Source of the DNA: a virus
IMG/VR virus record: IMGVR_UViG_3300010370_000030
Coordinates: 1-64,000 of that record
Length of the DNA stretch: 64,000 nucleotides
Direction: 5' to 3' (one strand)
The position numbers were made by a program, and so were the translations under genes. Positions 7,068-15,661 of this stretch are shown one piece after another. The notes under the pieces are model-generated. The model saw only the letters and a list, made by a program, of their open reading frames with translations, was not told where the DNA came from and did no database searches. The first letter of the stretch is position 1. The number at the start of each line of letters is the position of its first letter.

Positions 7068-7268
7068 GCCTGCAGGGGCCCCTGCGGCCCCCTGCAGAGT
7101 CGTACTGCTCCCCTGCAGCCCGCCGGGGGCCCGCCTTTTTTAACGCGCAGGTACCCGTACCCGGGTTCCAGTACTTGGCTGTGTGTCTCCAAAGGGGGGC
7201 CCGCCTTGTTTTATCCGAATCTGAAAAAAGCTGTCTCAAAAAATTTTTTTGGCAAAAAATCGCGAAAA
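7068..7268. repeat. GC-rich palindrome and direct-repeat cluster followed by A-tracts
   Basis: GCAGGGGCCCCTGC palindrome, CCCCTGC x3, GGGGGCCCGCCTT x2, GTAC x4, AAAAATTTTT. Confidence 0.75.
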
Positions 7269-7281
7269 GGAGCGTCTGCAA

Positions 7282-7926
7282 ATGATCTGGGCTATCCGAA
7301 TTACATTCTTCTTATTGGCGCCTCTCATCCTCTATTGGCAGTATAGAGACGTGCAGAATCTTTTTGCGAGTGTAGAGGCACTCTATGAGAATCAGATTGC
7401 TATCGTACAGGGACAGTTAGCAATTACATCAGAGATCAAGGAGTTGCGAGCAGAAGTATTGCAGCAACCAGTGCCACAGGCGCCTGCACCTAGCATTAAG
7501 CCTCCTTTGCAGGTGATCCGTACAGATCATCAATTGAAGCATGACCCACTTGACATCTTCTGTATGGCAAAGAACATATATCATGAAGCTGCACATGAGC
7601 CTGAGATTGGTCGCTATGCAGTTGCGCAGGTAACACTTAACCGCAAAATGAATCCTAAGTATCCAAAGAAGATTTGTGATGTGATCCTGGATCCATATCA
7701 GTTTAGTTGGGCAAACGATAAGAAGATTCGCTGGACAAATCCTAAAGGTCCTGCATGGGAGGAATCCAAGCGTATTGCATATAATGTAGTAGTAGAGGGG
7801 TATAGAGTGAAAGGACTAGAGCATGGCCTCTTCTATCATGCAGACTATGTCAGTCCTAAATGGCGCGATAACAATGCTCATATCACTCAGATCGGTAGAC
7901 ATATCTTCTATAGCCGGGCACTTTGA
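7282..7926 (+). CDS. Cell wall hydrolase, SleB/Hydrolase_2 family, with N-terminal TM anchor
   Basis: CMAKNIYHEA...AVAQVTLNR...QFSW...FYHADYV...IGRHIFY. Confidence 0.9.
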   Translation: MIWAIRITFFLLAPLILYWQYRDVQNLFASVEALYENQIAIVQGQLAITSEIKELRAEVLQQPVPQAPAPSIKPPLQVIRTDHQLKHDPLDIFCMAKNIYHEAAHEPEIGRYAVAQVTLNRKMNPKYPKKICDVILDPYQFSWANDKKIRWTNPKGPAWEESKRIAYNVVVEGYRVKGLEHGLFYHADYVSPKWRDNNAHITQIGRHIFYSRAL

Positions 7927-7938
7927 AGGAGCGCTGAT

Positions 7939-8163
7939 ATGAACAAACGAATTCTAGAGCTTGCTGAACAGGCTGGGATTACGACTAACTTGGATACTGA
8001 TTACTTTGAAAAAGACGTCAATAAATGGGTTGACTATTATTCAGAAAAGTTCGCCGAACTAATCATCCAGGAATGCATTGACAACCTACTTTGGCATGGG
8101 CATGATGAGGCTGCAAGCCAGTTGGAATGGCTACGAGGAAATCGTTTCGGAATTAAAAAGTAA
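7939..8163 (+). CDS. MNxRIxELA...FAELIxxEC family protein 1
   Basis: Paralog of ORFs 10063, 10720, 11060. Confidence 0.75.
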   Translation: MNKRILELAEQAGITTNLDTDYFEKDVNKWVDYYSEKFAELIIQECIDNLLWHGHDEAASQLEWLRGNRFGIKK

Positions 8164-8167
8164 TTAT

Positions 8168-8198
8168 GTTGACTCTTTAGCTGGTCTCGTTGTATAGT
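8168..8198 (+). promoter_or_regulatory. Repeated early promoter 12
   Basis: GTTGACT-N18(TGGTCT)-TATAGT. Confidence 0.75.
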
Positions 8199-8227
8199 GC
8201 TCTTGTCGTTAATGAGGAGTTTAAATC

Positions 8228-8731
8228 ATGGCTAAGCACTACATCACTTCTTCCGACATCAAAGTTACACCACACATCTGGCAATCACATGCCTCTCGCT
8301 ATGCATCTAGATCAGATCGCGCTCAGAGCGAACGAGCTATCAATATTGTAGAGACAGCTCTCCCCATCCTCAAAAAAGAACTTGACCTTCCTCGCGATAT
8401 CAAGATCCGTATTGCCAGCGTCAAAGGCAACTACCTTGGCTGGTACATTGAACGTGCACACTTGGCTGTACTTGATTACAAAACAACTGGTCGTAATGTA
8501 TTGGAGATCCTCGCACATGAATTGGTTCACGCAGAACAATACCACCAAGGACGCCTTGCACAACGGTGGCGCAAAGGTAAATATGTCACTTTCTGGAAAG
8601 GCGATGCCGTCCGTGAAAGCTATCGCAACCGCCCACACGAACAAGAGGCATTTAAACGACAGGTTGAACTCGCAGACCTGGTCGTCCAACAACTCGGCAC
8701 GGACTTCATGGTTCTAAAGGTGAAAGCATGA
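8228..8731 (+). CDS. Zn-dependent metallopeptidase (HExxH)
   Basis: LAHELVHAEQ and downstream PHEQEA. Confidence 0.75.
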   Translation: MAKHYITSSDIKVTPHIWQSHASRYASRSDRAQSERAINIVETALPILKKELDLPRDIKIRIASVKGNYLGWYIERAHLAVLDYKTTGRNVLEILAHELVHAEQYHQGRLAQRWRKGKYVTFWKGDAVRESYRNRPHEQEAFKRQVELADLVVQQLGTDFMVLKVKA

Positions 8732-8892
8732 GACACTACCTTATCTGCAGTTGTGGTAACCATCACGACGTCGATGATGTTGAATTCATTAACATCGAAG
8801 AAGGACCACGCGGTGAAGACATTATGACATATAAATGTCCTGTAACTGATAATTACGCTCAATCTTTTGTATATAAAGGAGTAACTGAATGA
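8728..8892 (+). CDS. Small Cys/His protein, 54 aa
   Basis: MRHYLICSCGNHH...NIEEGPRGEDIMTYKCP; ATGA overlaps at both ends. Confidence 0.65.
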   Translation: MRHYLICSCGNHHDVDDVEFINIEEGPRGEDIMTYKCPVTDNYAQSFVYKGVTE

Positions 8893-9098
8893 ACATCCAT
8901 ATCCTCGCTCTCACTAAAATGGCTAAGATCCTTGGCATCGCTGCACTCGTAGGTGCTATCGTGGGATTTGTAACAAATCACCTTACAGCCGAAGAATTGA
9001 TGACCTATCTTTCTTTTGGCTTCATCGGCTTCTTGATCGTTATGATGTATGCTATTTTTTATGACGAAGCCAAGCATGAGATTGAGAAGAAGAAATGA
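8889..9098 (+). CDS. Small membrane protein
   Basis: Two hydrophobic segments. Confidence 0.7.
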   Translation: MNIHILALTKMAKILGIAALVGAIVGFVTNHLTAEELMTYLSFGFIGFLIVMMYAIFYDEAKHEIEKKK

Positions 9099-9310
9099 CC
9101 TACGTTACTGTCAGTGCTAACATTGATGTGGACATGGACGAAATCGACACGGCCGACCTTGTCGATGAACTAAGGAAACGAGACATCCGACTTCCTAGTA
9201 TGGATCATGTCGAAGAGCTAAAAGTTATCTACCACAAGCGTAGACAAGGACTAGATTATCAGAGAGAATTGGATCAGTTCATGTATAATGTTTTGGGAGT
9301 GACTGTATAA
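9095..9310 (+). CDS. Hypothetical protein
   Basis: Coupled ORF. Confidence 0.7.
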   Translation: MTYVTVSANIDVDMDEIDTADLVDELRKRDIRLPSMDHVEELKVIYHKRRQGLDYQRELDQFMYNVLGVTV

Positions 9311-9697
9311 TGGGAACCAACTACTACGTTGCATCTAATCACTGTGAATGCTGCGACCGATATGATGAAGAATACCACATCGGTAAATCTTCTGGTGGTT
9401 GGGCATTTTCTTTTCATGGATATCGCGCTGAACGGCTTGTAAGCTGGCAAGCATGGAAAGAATTTCTCAAAGATAAAGTTATCATGGATGAATACGGAGA
9501 ACGTATCGACTACGATTGGTTCGTTGAATATATTGAAGGACCAAAAGCACCCAGTTACACAAATACTCATGGGCGAAAGAACCTTCAACACAATGATGAA
9601 GGGAAAACCTGACAAGTCTGGATATACTTGGTTTAATCCTGAATACGATTGGGATGATCCAGAAGGATACGCTTTCTGTAGTAGAGAATTTTCATGA
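9310..9697 (+). pseudogene. Conserved phage protein (MGTNYY...HIGKSSGGW) apparently frameshifted near 9600-9612
   Basis: Frame 0 stops at 9612; plausible C-terminus DPEGYAFCSREFS lies in the +1 frame and ends at the next ATG. Confidence 0.5.
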
Positions 9698-9897
9698 ATG
9701 AAGATCAACTAATCTTTAGTGCATGGCGTGATTCAGAAGCATACCAAGTACCCATGACAGAAGAAGGCGTAAAACTTGCAGGGAGGAGATATGAGTCTTT
9801 TCGCAGAGGCTGGGAATACCATAAGTTCTATCTAGAACATGGTGATGTCTATATGAAGGATTACCTTGAACATGGACCGAGGTGTGAAGATGAATGA
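9694..9897 (+). CDS. Hypothetical protein
   Basis: Coupled ORF. Confidence 0.65.
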   Translation: MNEDQLIFSAWRDSEAYQVPMTEEGVKLAGRRYESFRRGWEYHKFYLEHGDVYMKDYLEHGPRCEDE

Positions 9898-10066
9898 TAA
9901 TTGGTGGGTCTTTCCCGTAGCAGGTTTAACACTTGCGGCTATTGTTTTGCTAATTGTTATTGGTGGTAAGTTGGAAAAGATGCGTATTTACAACAACTGC
10001 CTTGACAAGAATGGCACATTGCTGTATACTGATGCTGTTAAACATTGCAAAGAGATTGTAAAGTGA
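9890..10066 (+). CDS. Small membrane protein
   Basis: N-terminal TM segment; GAGG RBS. Confidence 0.65.
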   Translation: MNDNWWVFPVAGLTLAAIVLLIVIGGKLEKMRIYNNCLDKNGTLLYTDAVKHCKEIVK

Positions 10067-10242
10067 ACAAACGAATTCGAGAACTTGCTGAAGAATCCCA
10101 TAATGAATTCTACAATGTTCATATTGATTTAGAATTGTTCGCCGAGTTGATTGTTAGGGAATGTTGTGATGCTGTAAACGATGGAAGTAAATTAGGTGAT
10201 TGGTATAATATGCGAATTAAAGAACATTTTGGAGTTAAATGA
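10063..10242 (+). CDS. MNxRIxELA family protein 2
   Basis: NKRIRELAEE...FAELIVREC...IKEHFGVK. Confidence 0.75.
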   Translation: MNKRIRELAEESHNEFYNVHIDLELFAELIVRECCDAVNDGSKLGDWYNMRIKEHFGVK

Positions 10243-10451
10243 TGCGTTTTGTCACACCAAAAAAACTTTATTACGTGCTACTATACAAACCGAGAACCTT
10301 TCCCGACGGTGGTTGGTCTAACTTTATTGCTACACCATATCTCGGTAAAGCACGATACTACGCTAAGAAACTAAAACGACCACATCGTCAAATTGATGTT
10401 CGGGTGCGTGGTAAGCGTAAAGCGTATGTTTTGAAAGGAAGTTGGCTATGA
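10239..10451 (+). CDS. Basic hypothetical protein
   Basis: Coupled ORF. Confidence 0.6.
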   Translation: MMRFVTPKKLYYVLLYKPRTFPDGGWSNFIATPYLGKARYYAKKLKRPHRQIDVRVRGKRKAYVLKGSWL

Positions 10452-10723
10452 ACTTCATTAAGTGCCATAAATGTGGGCGTGAAGAACCTGCATTTGATTA
10501 TGCACATATCTGTGGTCCGGTAGAGGTAAAACAACCTAACAAACGAATCGAACTAACAAGACCTGACGGAACACCTTACCTAACACTTAGAAAAGATAGT
10601 CGGCTTGCCTATATTCAAATTCATGATTATGATTACTTCGGTAATCCTGTAGAGTTTAATTTTGATGTGAGAGCAATTCCTATGTTGATCGATGGGCTAC
10701 TTCAACTGAGAGATCAATCATGA
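10448..10723 (+). CDS. Zn-finger-like hypothetical protein
   Basis: CHKC...HIC. Confidence 0.6.
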   Translation: MNFIKCHKCGREEPAFDYAHICGPVEVKQPNKRIELTRPDGTPYLTLRKDSRLAYIQIHDYDYFGNPVEFNFDVRAIPMLIDGLLQLRDQS

Positions 10724-10926
10724 ATGACCGAATTGAAGAACTAGCACAATGTAATGAACGCATTCTAAACTTCTTTCAAACTGGTCCCATTCAACGTGCA
10801 GCCATTGAAGAATTCGCCGAGTTGATTGTTCAAGAATGTATTGACACAGTATTAGATTCGAGTGTAGAATATACTACGCGACCACAAGTTGCAATTGAGA
10901 TAAAAGAACATTTTGGAGTTGAATGA
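10720..10926 (+). CDS. MNxRIxELA family protein 3
   Basis: MNDRIEELA...FAELIVQEC...IKEHFGVE. Confidence 0.75.
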   Translation: MNDRIEELAQCNERILNFFQTGPIQRAAIEEFAELIVQECIDTVLDSSVEYTTRPQVAIEIKEHFGVE

Positions 10927-11063
10927 TGGATGATACTGTTTGGTTTTTTGTTGGTTGGATTGTAGGCATTCTCCTCGGCTATGTAATGTGGGCACCTGAA
11001 ACCCGGTTCAAGCAAAATTTTATTGATGGATTAACACTGCGATTTCTTTGGGGAAAGCGATGA
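10923..11063 (+). CDS. Small membrane protein, 46 aa
   Basis: MMDDTVWFFVGWIVGILLGYVMWAP...; coupled at both ends. Confidence 0.6.
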   Translation: MMDDTVWFFVGWIVGILLGYVMWAPETRFKQNFIDGLTLRFLWGKR

Positions 11064-11245
11064 ATGAACGAATCCAAGAACTTGCCCGAGAGGCTGGATT
11101 TTATGCCAATTCAGATATAGAAAAATTTGAAAAGTTCGCCGAGTTAATTGTTAAGGAATGTGCTAAACTTGCAGACAAAGAATCTTGTTATCCCTATTCA
11201 ACTTATGGGCTGTTAATTAGAGAACAATTTGGAGTTAAAGAATGA
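11060..11245 (+). CDS. MNxRIxELA family protein 4
   Basis: MNERIQELARE...FAELIVKEC...IREQFGVKE. Confidence 0.75.
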   Translation: MNERIQELAREAGFYANSDIEKFEKFAELIVKECAKLADKESCYPYSTYGLLIREQFGVKE

Positions 11246-11628
11246 GCCAAGTAGTAAGAGCAATTGAAGCACATGACACCGGTGAACGAAAACTTATTAA
11301 AGAAAGTTTCTCTACACTGTTTCAAGATGTATTCAATATCAAGTCACATACTCAAGACCTAAGAGGAACTGAAGGTATTGCTAAACAATATCGTATCAGT
11401 GTCATAATTGGTTCTCAAGTCCATGTAAGTGACCTTGATCTTCTTCAAGAAGGTGGTGATGCACTAGAAGAAGCAATTCATCGAACCAAGCGCCAAGTTA
11501 TTGAAGCCATCTATGGTGAGTTTCGACAAGACCTTATGTTGACTGAACGTGCATTGTATGACCGTGATTTTCAGAAAGCACGAGACTATCTAAGGATTCT
11601 AGAACAGAAGATGTTTGGGATTGATTAA
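11242..11628 (+). CDS. Hypothetical protein
   Basis: Coupled ORF. Confidence 0.7.
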   Translation: MSQVVRAIEAHDTGERKLIKESFSTLFQDVFNIKSHTQDLRGTEGIAKQYRISVIIGSQVHVSDLDLLQEGGDALEEAIHRTKRQVIEAIYGEFRQDLMLTERALYDRDFQKARDYLRILEQKMFGID

Positions 11629-11891
11629 TGAGTGATATCTGGAAACGCCGTGGTGAGATTGATCGTGCCAGGTCATTAAGGATGGAAGAACTTATGGCCG
11701 ATTACGATAATAATGTTTACTACCCTGCTAAGAAACAATTGCTTCGTGATTGTTTTCTTGAAGGGCACCGCGGAGGTAAGTATCATGACAATGGCTTTGG
11801 TTGGTCGTGGTTCTATTGTGGCAAGTGTGGCGGCCGGTATGATATTAGTGGTCCAGATGGAGAAACCAAATTGGCAGATGGAGCAAAATGA
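11628..11891 (+). CDS. Hypothetical protein with Zn-ribbon-like motif
   Basis: C...GH...CGKCG. Confidence 0.65.
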   Translation: MSDIWKRRGEIDRARSLRMEELMADYDNNVYYPAKKQLLRDCFLEGHRGGKYHDNGFGWSWFYCGKCGGRYDISGPDGETKLADGAK

Positions 11892-12205
11892 TGAAACTAA
11901 GTGAATTGCACCGATTGGTGAATGCACATTACCACGAAGAACGAATGGTACGTGAAGATCCAGAAGTTGTTATTCAAATTAAACTCCCATACTCTACTGT
12001 AGGTGCTCATCCAACAGTTAAGATCAAACACATTGGTATGGGGTTCGATTGGGATGCAGGTAAGTTCATTATCACACCAGAAGAAAACCTAACACCTGCT
12101 GACCGTGACTTTGCTGAACAGATGCAAAAGATGCAAGATGATTTGGGTTGGGCTAGGTATGAGAATCGTAATCTCAAAGCAGAAATTAAAAAGCTAAAAA
12201 AATGA
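11888..12205 (+). CDS. Hypothetical protein
   Basis: GFDWDAGK motif; coiled-coil C-terminus. Confidence 0.7.
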   Translation: MMKLSELHRLVNAHYHEERMVREDPEVVIQIKLPYSTVGAHPTVKIKHIGMGFDWDAGKFIITPEENLTPADRDFAEQMQKMQDDLGWARYENRNLKAEIKKLKK

Positions 12206-12576
12206 AATCATATAAAGAAGAAGTAGTAAATCAAGCAATCCTTGGTTTAGTTCAAGGTGGCTTTTCGGAAGCAGAATCGCTTCGTATGTTGCTTGAACGA
12301 ATTTATGAGTGTGGCTATAACGAACACTCGAGGCAACTAACCGAATCTGTTGCTAAAAAGCAGCCTATTTACATTGTTGCTGGCACATACGAACAGTTTA
12401 GAACATATCATCGAGAAAAAGGATTAGATTGTTGGTTTTGTTACGTGTCAGGACCAGATACACTGAGAGGCATTATAAATCCGCAGGTAGAATTTGTTGG
12501 CACGTGGCTAGACCGTTCTGATATCCATGATATTATTACACAGGTGAAAGTATCTGCATGGGGAAGAAAAGAATGA
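12202..12576 (+). CDS. Hypothetical protein
   Basis: Coupled ORF. Confidence 0.65.
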   Translation: MKSYKEEVVNQAILGLVQGGFSEAESLRMLLERIYECGYNEHSRQLTESVAKKQPIYIVAGTYEQFRTYHREKGLDCWFCYVSGPDTLRGIINPQVEFVGTWLDRSDIHDIITQVKVSAWGRKE

Positions 12577-13019
12577 CAGTAACTGAACTAATTCAAAAAT
12601 ACCCTCTTATTTTCCAAGTTCGCAAAGGCCGTGAACTTGAACCTTTTTGCATGTTTGGTATTGAATGTGGAGCTGGTTGGGTACCACTCCTTAATACACT
12701 CTGCTATCAGATCCAATCGTATATTGATTACCGTAAAGAAAGTAATGAGCGAATCGAAGAGAATAAAAAGAAGTACCCAGAATACGATCAAAAGCCCTTT
12801 GACCTTATTCCTCAAGTTGTTGTAACACAAGTAAAAGAGAAGTATGGTACGCTTCGGTTCTACTATGATGGTGGTGATGAAACAATCGATGGCATGGTGC
12901 GTATGGCAGAGGCAATGAGTGCCGTTACGTGTGAACAATGTGGTGACCTTGGAGCAATAAGAGGTAGGCATTGGTTTTATACTGCTTGCGATAAACATAC
13001 AAGAGAGGAAGATAAATGA
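12573..13019 (+). CDS. Conserved phage protein (QxKEKxGxLRFY...CExCG)
   Basis: GIECGAGW, QVKEKYGTLRFY, TCEQCG motifs. Confidence 0.8.
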   Translation: MTVTELIQKYPLIFQVRKGRELEPFCMFGIECGAGWVPLLNTLCYQIQSYIDYRKESNERIEENKKKYPEYDQKPFDLIPQVVVTQVKEKYGTLRFYYDGGDETIDGMVRMAEAMSAVTCEQCGDLGAIRGRHWFYTACDKHTREEDK

Positions 13020-13174
13020 ACCAGGACTTTATCAATCGTAAAATGGATCATTACAATCAGTGGCTCAAGAGACAGGACCGTGGGGATACATATCCTGGAT
13101 TCCCTGAAGAAATTGAGCTACTTAAAGCTCGTAAGCAACTTCAAGAAGAATTTGCAAAAAGGAAACGTAAATGA
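13016..13174 (+). CDS. 52-aa protein homologous to the N-terminus of ORF 2856
   Basis: RKMDHYNQWL...YPGFPEE; coupled at both ends; not in ORF track. Confidence 0.75.
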   Translation: MNQDFINRKMDHYNQWLKRQDRGDTYPGFPEEIELLKARKQLQEEFAKRKRK

Positions 13175-13491
13175 AAGTGGTCATCAACACCTGTTATGGT
13201 GGCTTTAGTCTCTCTATCCTTGCTCAAGAAGAATATCTCAGGAGAAAAGGTGAGAAGATACCTGAGAAAGGTGCATGGGATCGTTTCTTTGGTATAGATG
13301 ACTATGAAGGTGTTGAAGAAATCGACCGTACCGACCCAGTGCTTGTATCTATTGTTGAAGAGATGGGCGATCGTGCAGACGGAAAATATGCAGAACTCAA
13401 AGTAGTTGAAATTCCTGATGGCATTCAATGGAGTATCCACGATTATGATGGTATGGAATGGATTGCTGAGGCACATAGGACGTGGTCATGA
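13171..13491 (+). CDS. Conserved phage protein
   Basis: KVVINTCYGGFSLS...RTDPVLV...YDGMEW. Confidence 0.8.
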   Translation: MKVVINTCYGGFSLSILAQEEYLRRKGEKIPEKGAWDRFFGIDDYEGVEEIDRTDPVLVSIVEEMGDRADGKYAELKVVEIPDGIQWSIHDYDGMEWIAEAHRTWS

Positions 13492-13618
13492 TTGTTTTAG
13501 AAAAGTTTGCGTTTTTGTTCGCTGTCGTGACAGGTGTTTGTGTAATTACAGCAATGTGCATGGATGCTTTAGGTTTGGTTGATTTTGTTATTTGCTACGG
13601 CAAAGTAGGGGTTTGTAA

Positions 13619-14284
13619 ATGATTGAAATGATATGGGCTGTACTAGCAATTATCTTAATTGACATTGTTCTTGCTGGAGATAATGCTCTCGTTATTGGCA
13701 TGGCTGCTAATAAGCTACCCGAAGAACTACGTCGCAAAGCTATTCTGTGGGGAACCTTCGGTGCTGTAGCGGTAAGGTTTGCGAGCGTAGCAGTATTGAG
13801 CTACCTCCTCCTTATCCCTGGACTTCGGTTGATTGGAGGACTAGCGCTTCTCTACATTGCATGGAAGCTAGCTTTTCAAGAAAAAGAACATACGGTCGAA
13901 GCAAAGACAACCTTCTGGGGTGCAATTTCCACTATTGTTGTTGCTGATGCTGTGATGGGTATCGATAACGCTCTAGGCATTGCTGCTGCTGCGGGTGGCA
14001 ATTTTTGGCTCGTTGTATTTGGATTACTAATTAGTGTTCCAATCATTATTTTTGGTAGCACTATTATTAGCAAACTGCTTGACAAGTACCCAAATGCAAT
14101 TTTTATCGGTAGCTTTGTATTATTTCTGGTTGGAATGCAGATGATTCTCAAAGAACCTTTTATTGCCTCACATCTCGCACCTCTTGACAACCTCACAAAG
14201 AGTATTTTACCATGGCTTTCAGCATTAGTACTTACCGCAAAACAATATTATTGTGTTTGCTCAAAAAATCATGAACCCCTGTAA
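13619..14284 (+). CDS. TerC/YjbE family integral membrane protein
   Basis: DIVLAGDNALVI and ADAVMGIDNAL motifs; multiple TM segments. Confidence 0.9.
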   Translation: MIEMIWAVLAIILIDIVLAGDNALVIGMAANKLPEELRRKAILWGTFGAVAVRFASVAVLSYLLLIPGLRLIGGLALLYIAWKLAFQEKEHTVEAKTTFWGAISTIVVADAVMGIDNALGIAAAAGGNFWLVVFGLLISVPIIIFGSTIISKLLDKYPNAIFIGSFVLFLVGMQMILKEPFIASHLAPLDNLTKSILPWLSALVLTAKQYYCVCSKNHEPL

Positions 14285-14651
14285 TGAATGTACTGCGTGT
14301 TGTGAGGGATTTTTAACTGGTACTATTCCAATCCTTAATAATTTTGAATTAAAAGAAGGGCAACCTTGCCCGGCTGTATCGCAGAAAGGATGTACCATTT
14401 ATGATCAAAGACCAAAAATATGTTCGGACTATATTTGTAAATACAAACAACATCTTAGTTGGCCTGTTGAATGGCGCCCGGACAAAAGTGGTATTATTAC
14501 GTGGGTGTCTACAAAAAAAGACGTGAAGCGTCTAATGGTCAGAATAACACGTCAAGACTACAATACTGAACTTTATGGCTATCTTCAAAAACTCGCAAGG
14601 CAAGAAAACAACAAATTTGTTGTTATATACCCTATTTCTTTCAATAGTTAG
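14271..14651 (+). CDS. YkgJ-like CxxCxxCC cysteine-cluster protein
   Basis: CNECTACC...C...CTIYDQRPKICSDY. Confidence 0.75.
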   Translation: MNPCNECTACCEGFLTGTIPILNNFELKEGQPCPAVSQKGCTIYDQRPKICSDYICKYKQHLSWPVEWRPDKSGIITWVSTKKDVKRLMVRITRQDYNTELYGYLQKLARQENNKFVVIYPISFNS

Positions 14652-14740
14652 ATTATTAACACTAGTTGTCTTGTTGATTTTATTGCTGCCTTTGGTTATG
14701 GTGTTGATTGCCGTAGCAGGAACATTCATTGGAGTAATAT

Positions 14741-15145
14741 ATGACCTCTTCAAATAATGACGTTGAGAAAGCAATGCTAGAACTTGCTGACAGTAGCAAC
14801 TTGTTCATGCAGGCTATGGATGAGATTAAGGAAGATGAGGAAACGTACTGGAGATCACTGTCCAAGGAACAACAACTCTGTTGTTTTAACTCCGTGGTTC
14901 GTCGAATTCATAAAGGGGATGTTGAATTACATGGGTCGTACCGGTATGTATTGTATGATGTATTTGGTTTTGGTCCTGAAGCATATGCCCGAGCTCAAAT
15001 GGCCGGGTACCTTGATATCCACAACATGATTACTACCCCTGAACAAGAACGCAAACTTCTGACAGAGTTTGCAAAGCACATGGGTCATAATGATGAAGAG
15101 ATTGTAGAAAAAATTCATTCCTTTTTTGTTCGTAAATATTTTTGA
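14741..15145 (+). CDS. Hypothetical protein
   Basis: GSYRYVLYDVFGF motif; GGAG RBS. Confidence 0.75.
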   Translation: MTSSNNDVEKAMLELADSSNLFMQAMDEIKEDEETYWRSLSKEQQLCCFNSVVRRIHKGDVELHGSYRYVLYDVFGFGPEAYARAQMAGYLDIHNMITTPEQERKLLTEFAKHMGHNDEEIVEKIHSFFVRKYF

Positions 15146-15153
15146 GGTGTACC

Positions 15154-15402
15154 ATGACCCTTCCATATGAGCGTAGTAATGCTGTAAAAAATACAAGAAG
15201 TTTTTTGGAGGACCTCTGCACCCCTTCAGTTACACCAAAAGTCCCTAAAGAGATCAGGGATAAGGCGCGGTGGTGTTTACGACACTACCCATCTTTTTGG
15301 GAGATTGACAATGTGTCAAAATTAGAAGACAGTGCTAATACTGGATTTCAAGTGTTTGGAACCGATCCGTGGAAAAAGGAGAAACTAAATGCCGATTCTT
15401 AG
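15154..15402 (+). CDS. BPSL0761-like protein
   Basis: MTLPYER...FL...PKEIRDKA...LRHYP. Confidence 0.65.
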   Translation: MTLPYERSNAVKNTRSFLEDLCTPSVTPKVPKEIRDKARWCLRHYPSFWEIDNVSKLEDSANTGFQVFGTDPWKKEKLNADS

Positions 15403-15661
15403 TACACAGCAGTCTTCAAAACCTCGTCTTGAAAATGACACTCTGGGTAACGAAGCACTAACGGAACTCTATCAAGCCTACAATACAATGAACTTGGAAG
15501 ACTTTCGTATCTTTGCTGAAGGTGTTGTAATGGCTGGTGGTGGTAAGCAGTTGCGTAAACTTGAGATTATTAATAGTATGTACGACCGTAACGTCACCAA
15601 AGAGAAGGTGCTTACAAAAGCACAAAACTTTATTCTTGCGGGAATGGGACTAGGTGTATGA
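15389..15661 (+). CDS. Hypothetical protein
   Basis: AAGGAG RBS. Confidence 0.7.
   Translation: MPILSTQQSSKPRLENDTLGNEALTELYQAYNTMNLEDFRIFAEGVVMAGGGKQLRKLEIINSMYDRNVTKEKVLTKAQNFILAGMGLGV

Noticed and set aside
6415-7346. 288-aa minus-strand ORF and ORF 7062-7346
   Set aside because: Shadow frames across real + strand genes and a GC-rich repeat element; no RBS or motifs
7939-11245. Diversity-generating retroelement behind the paralog family
   Set aside because: No reverse transcriptase, and the differences are not adenine-specific
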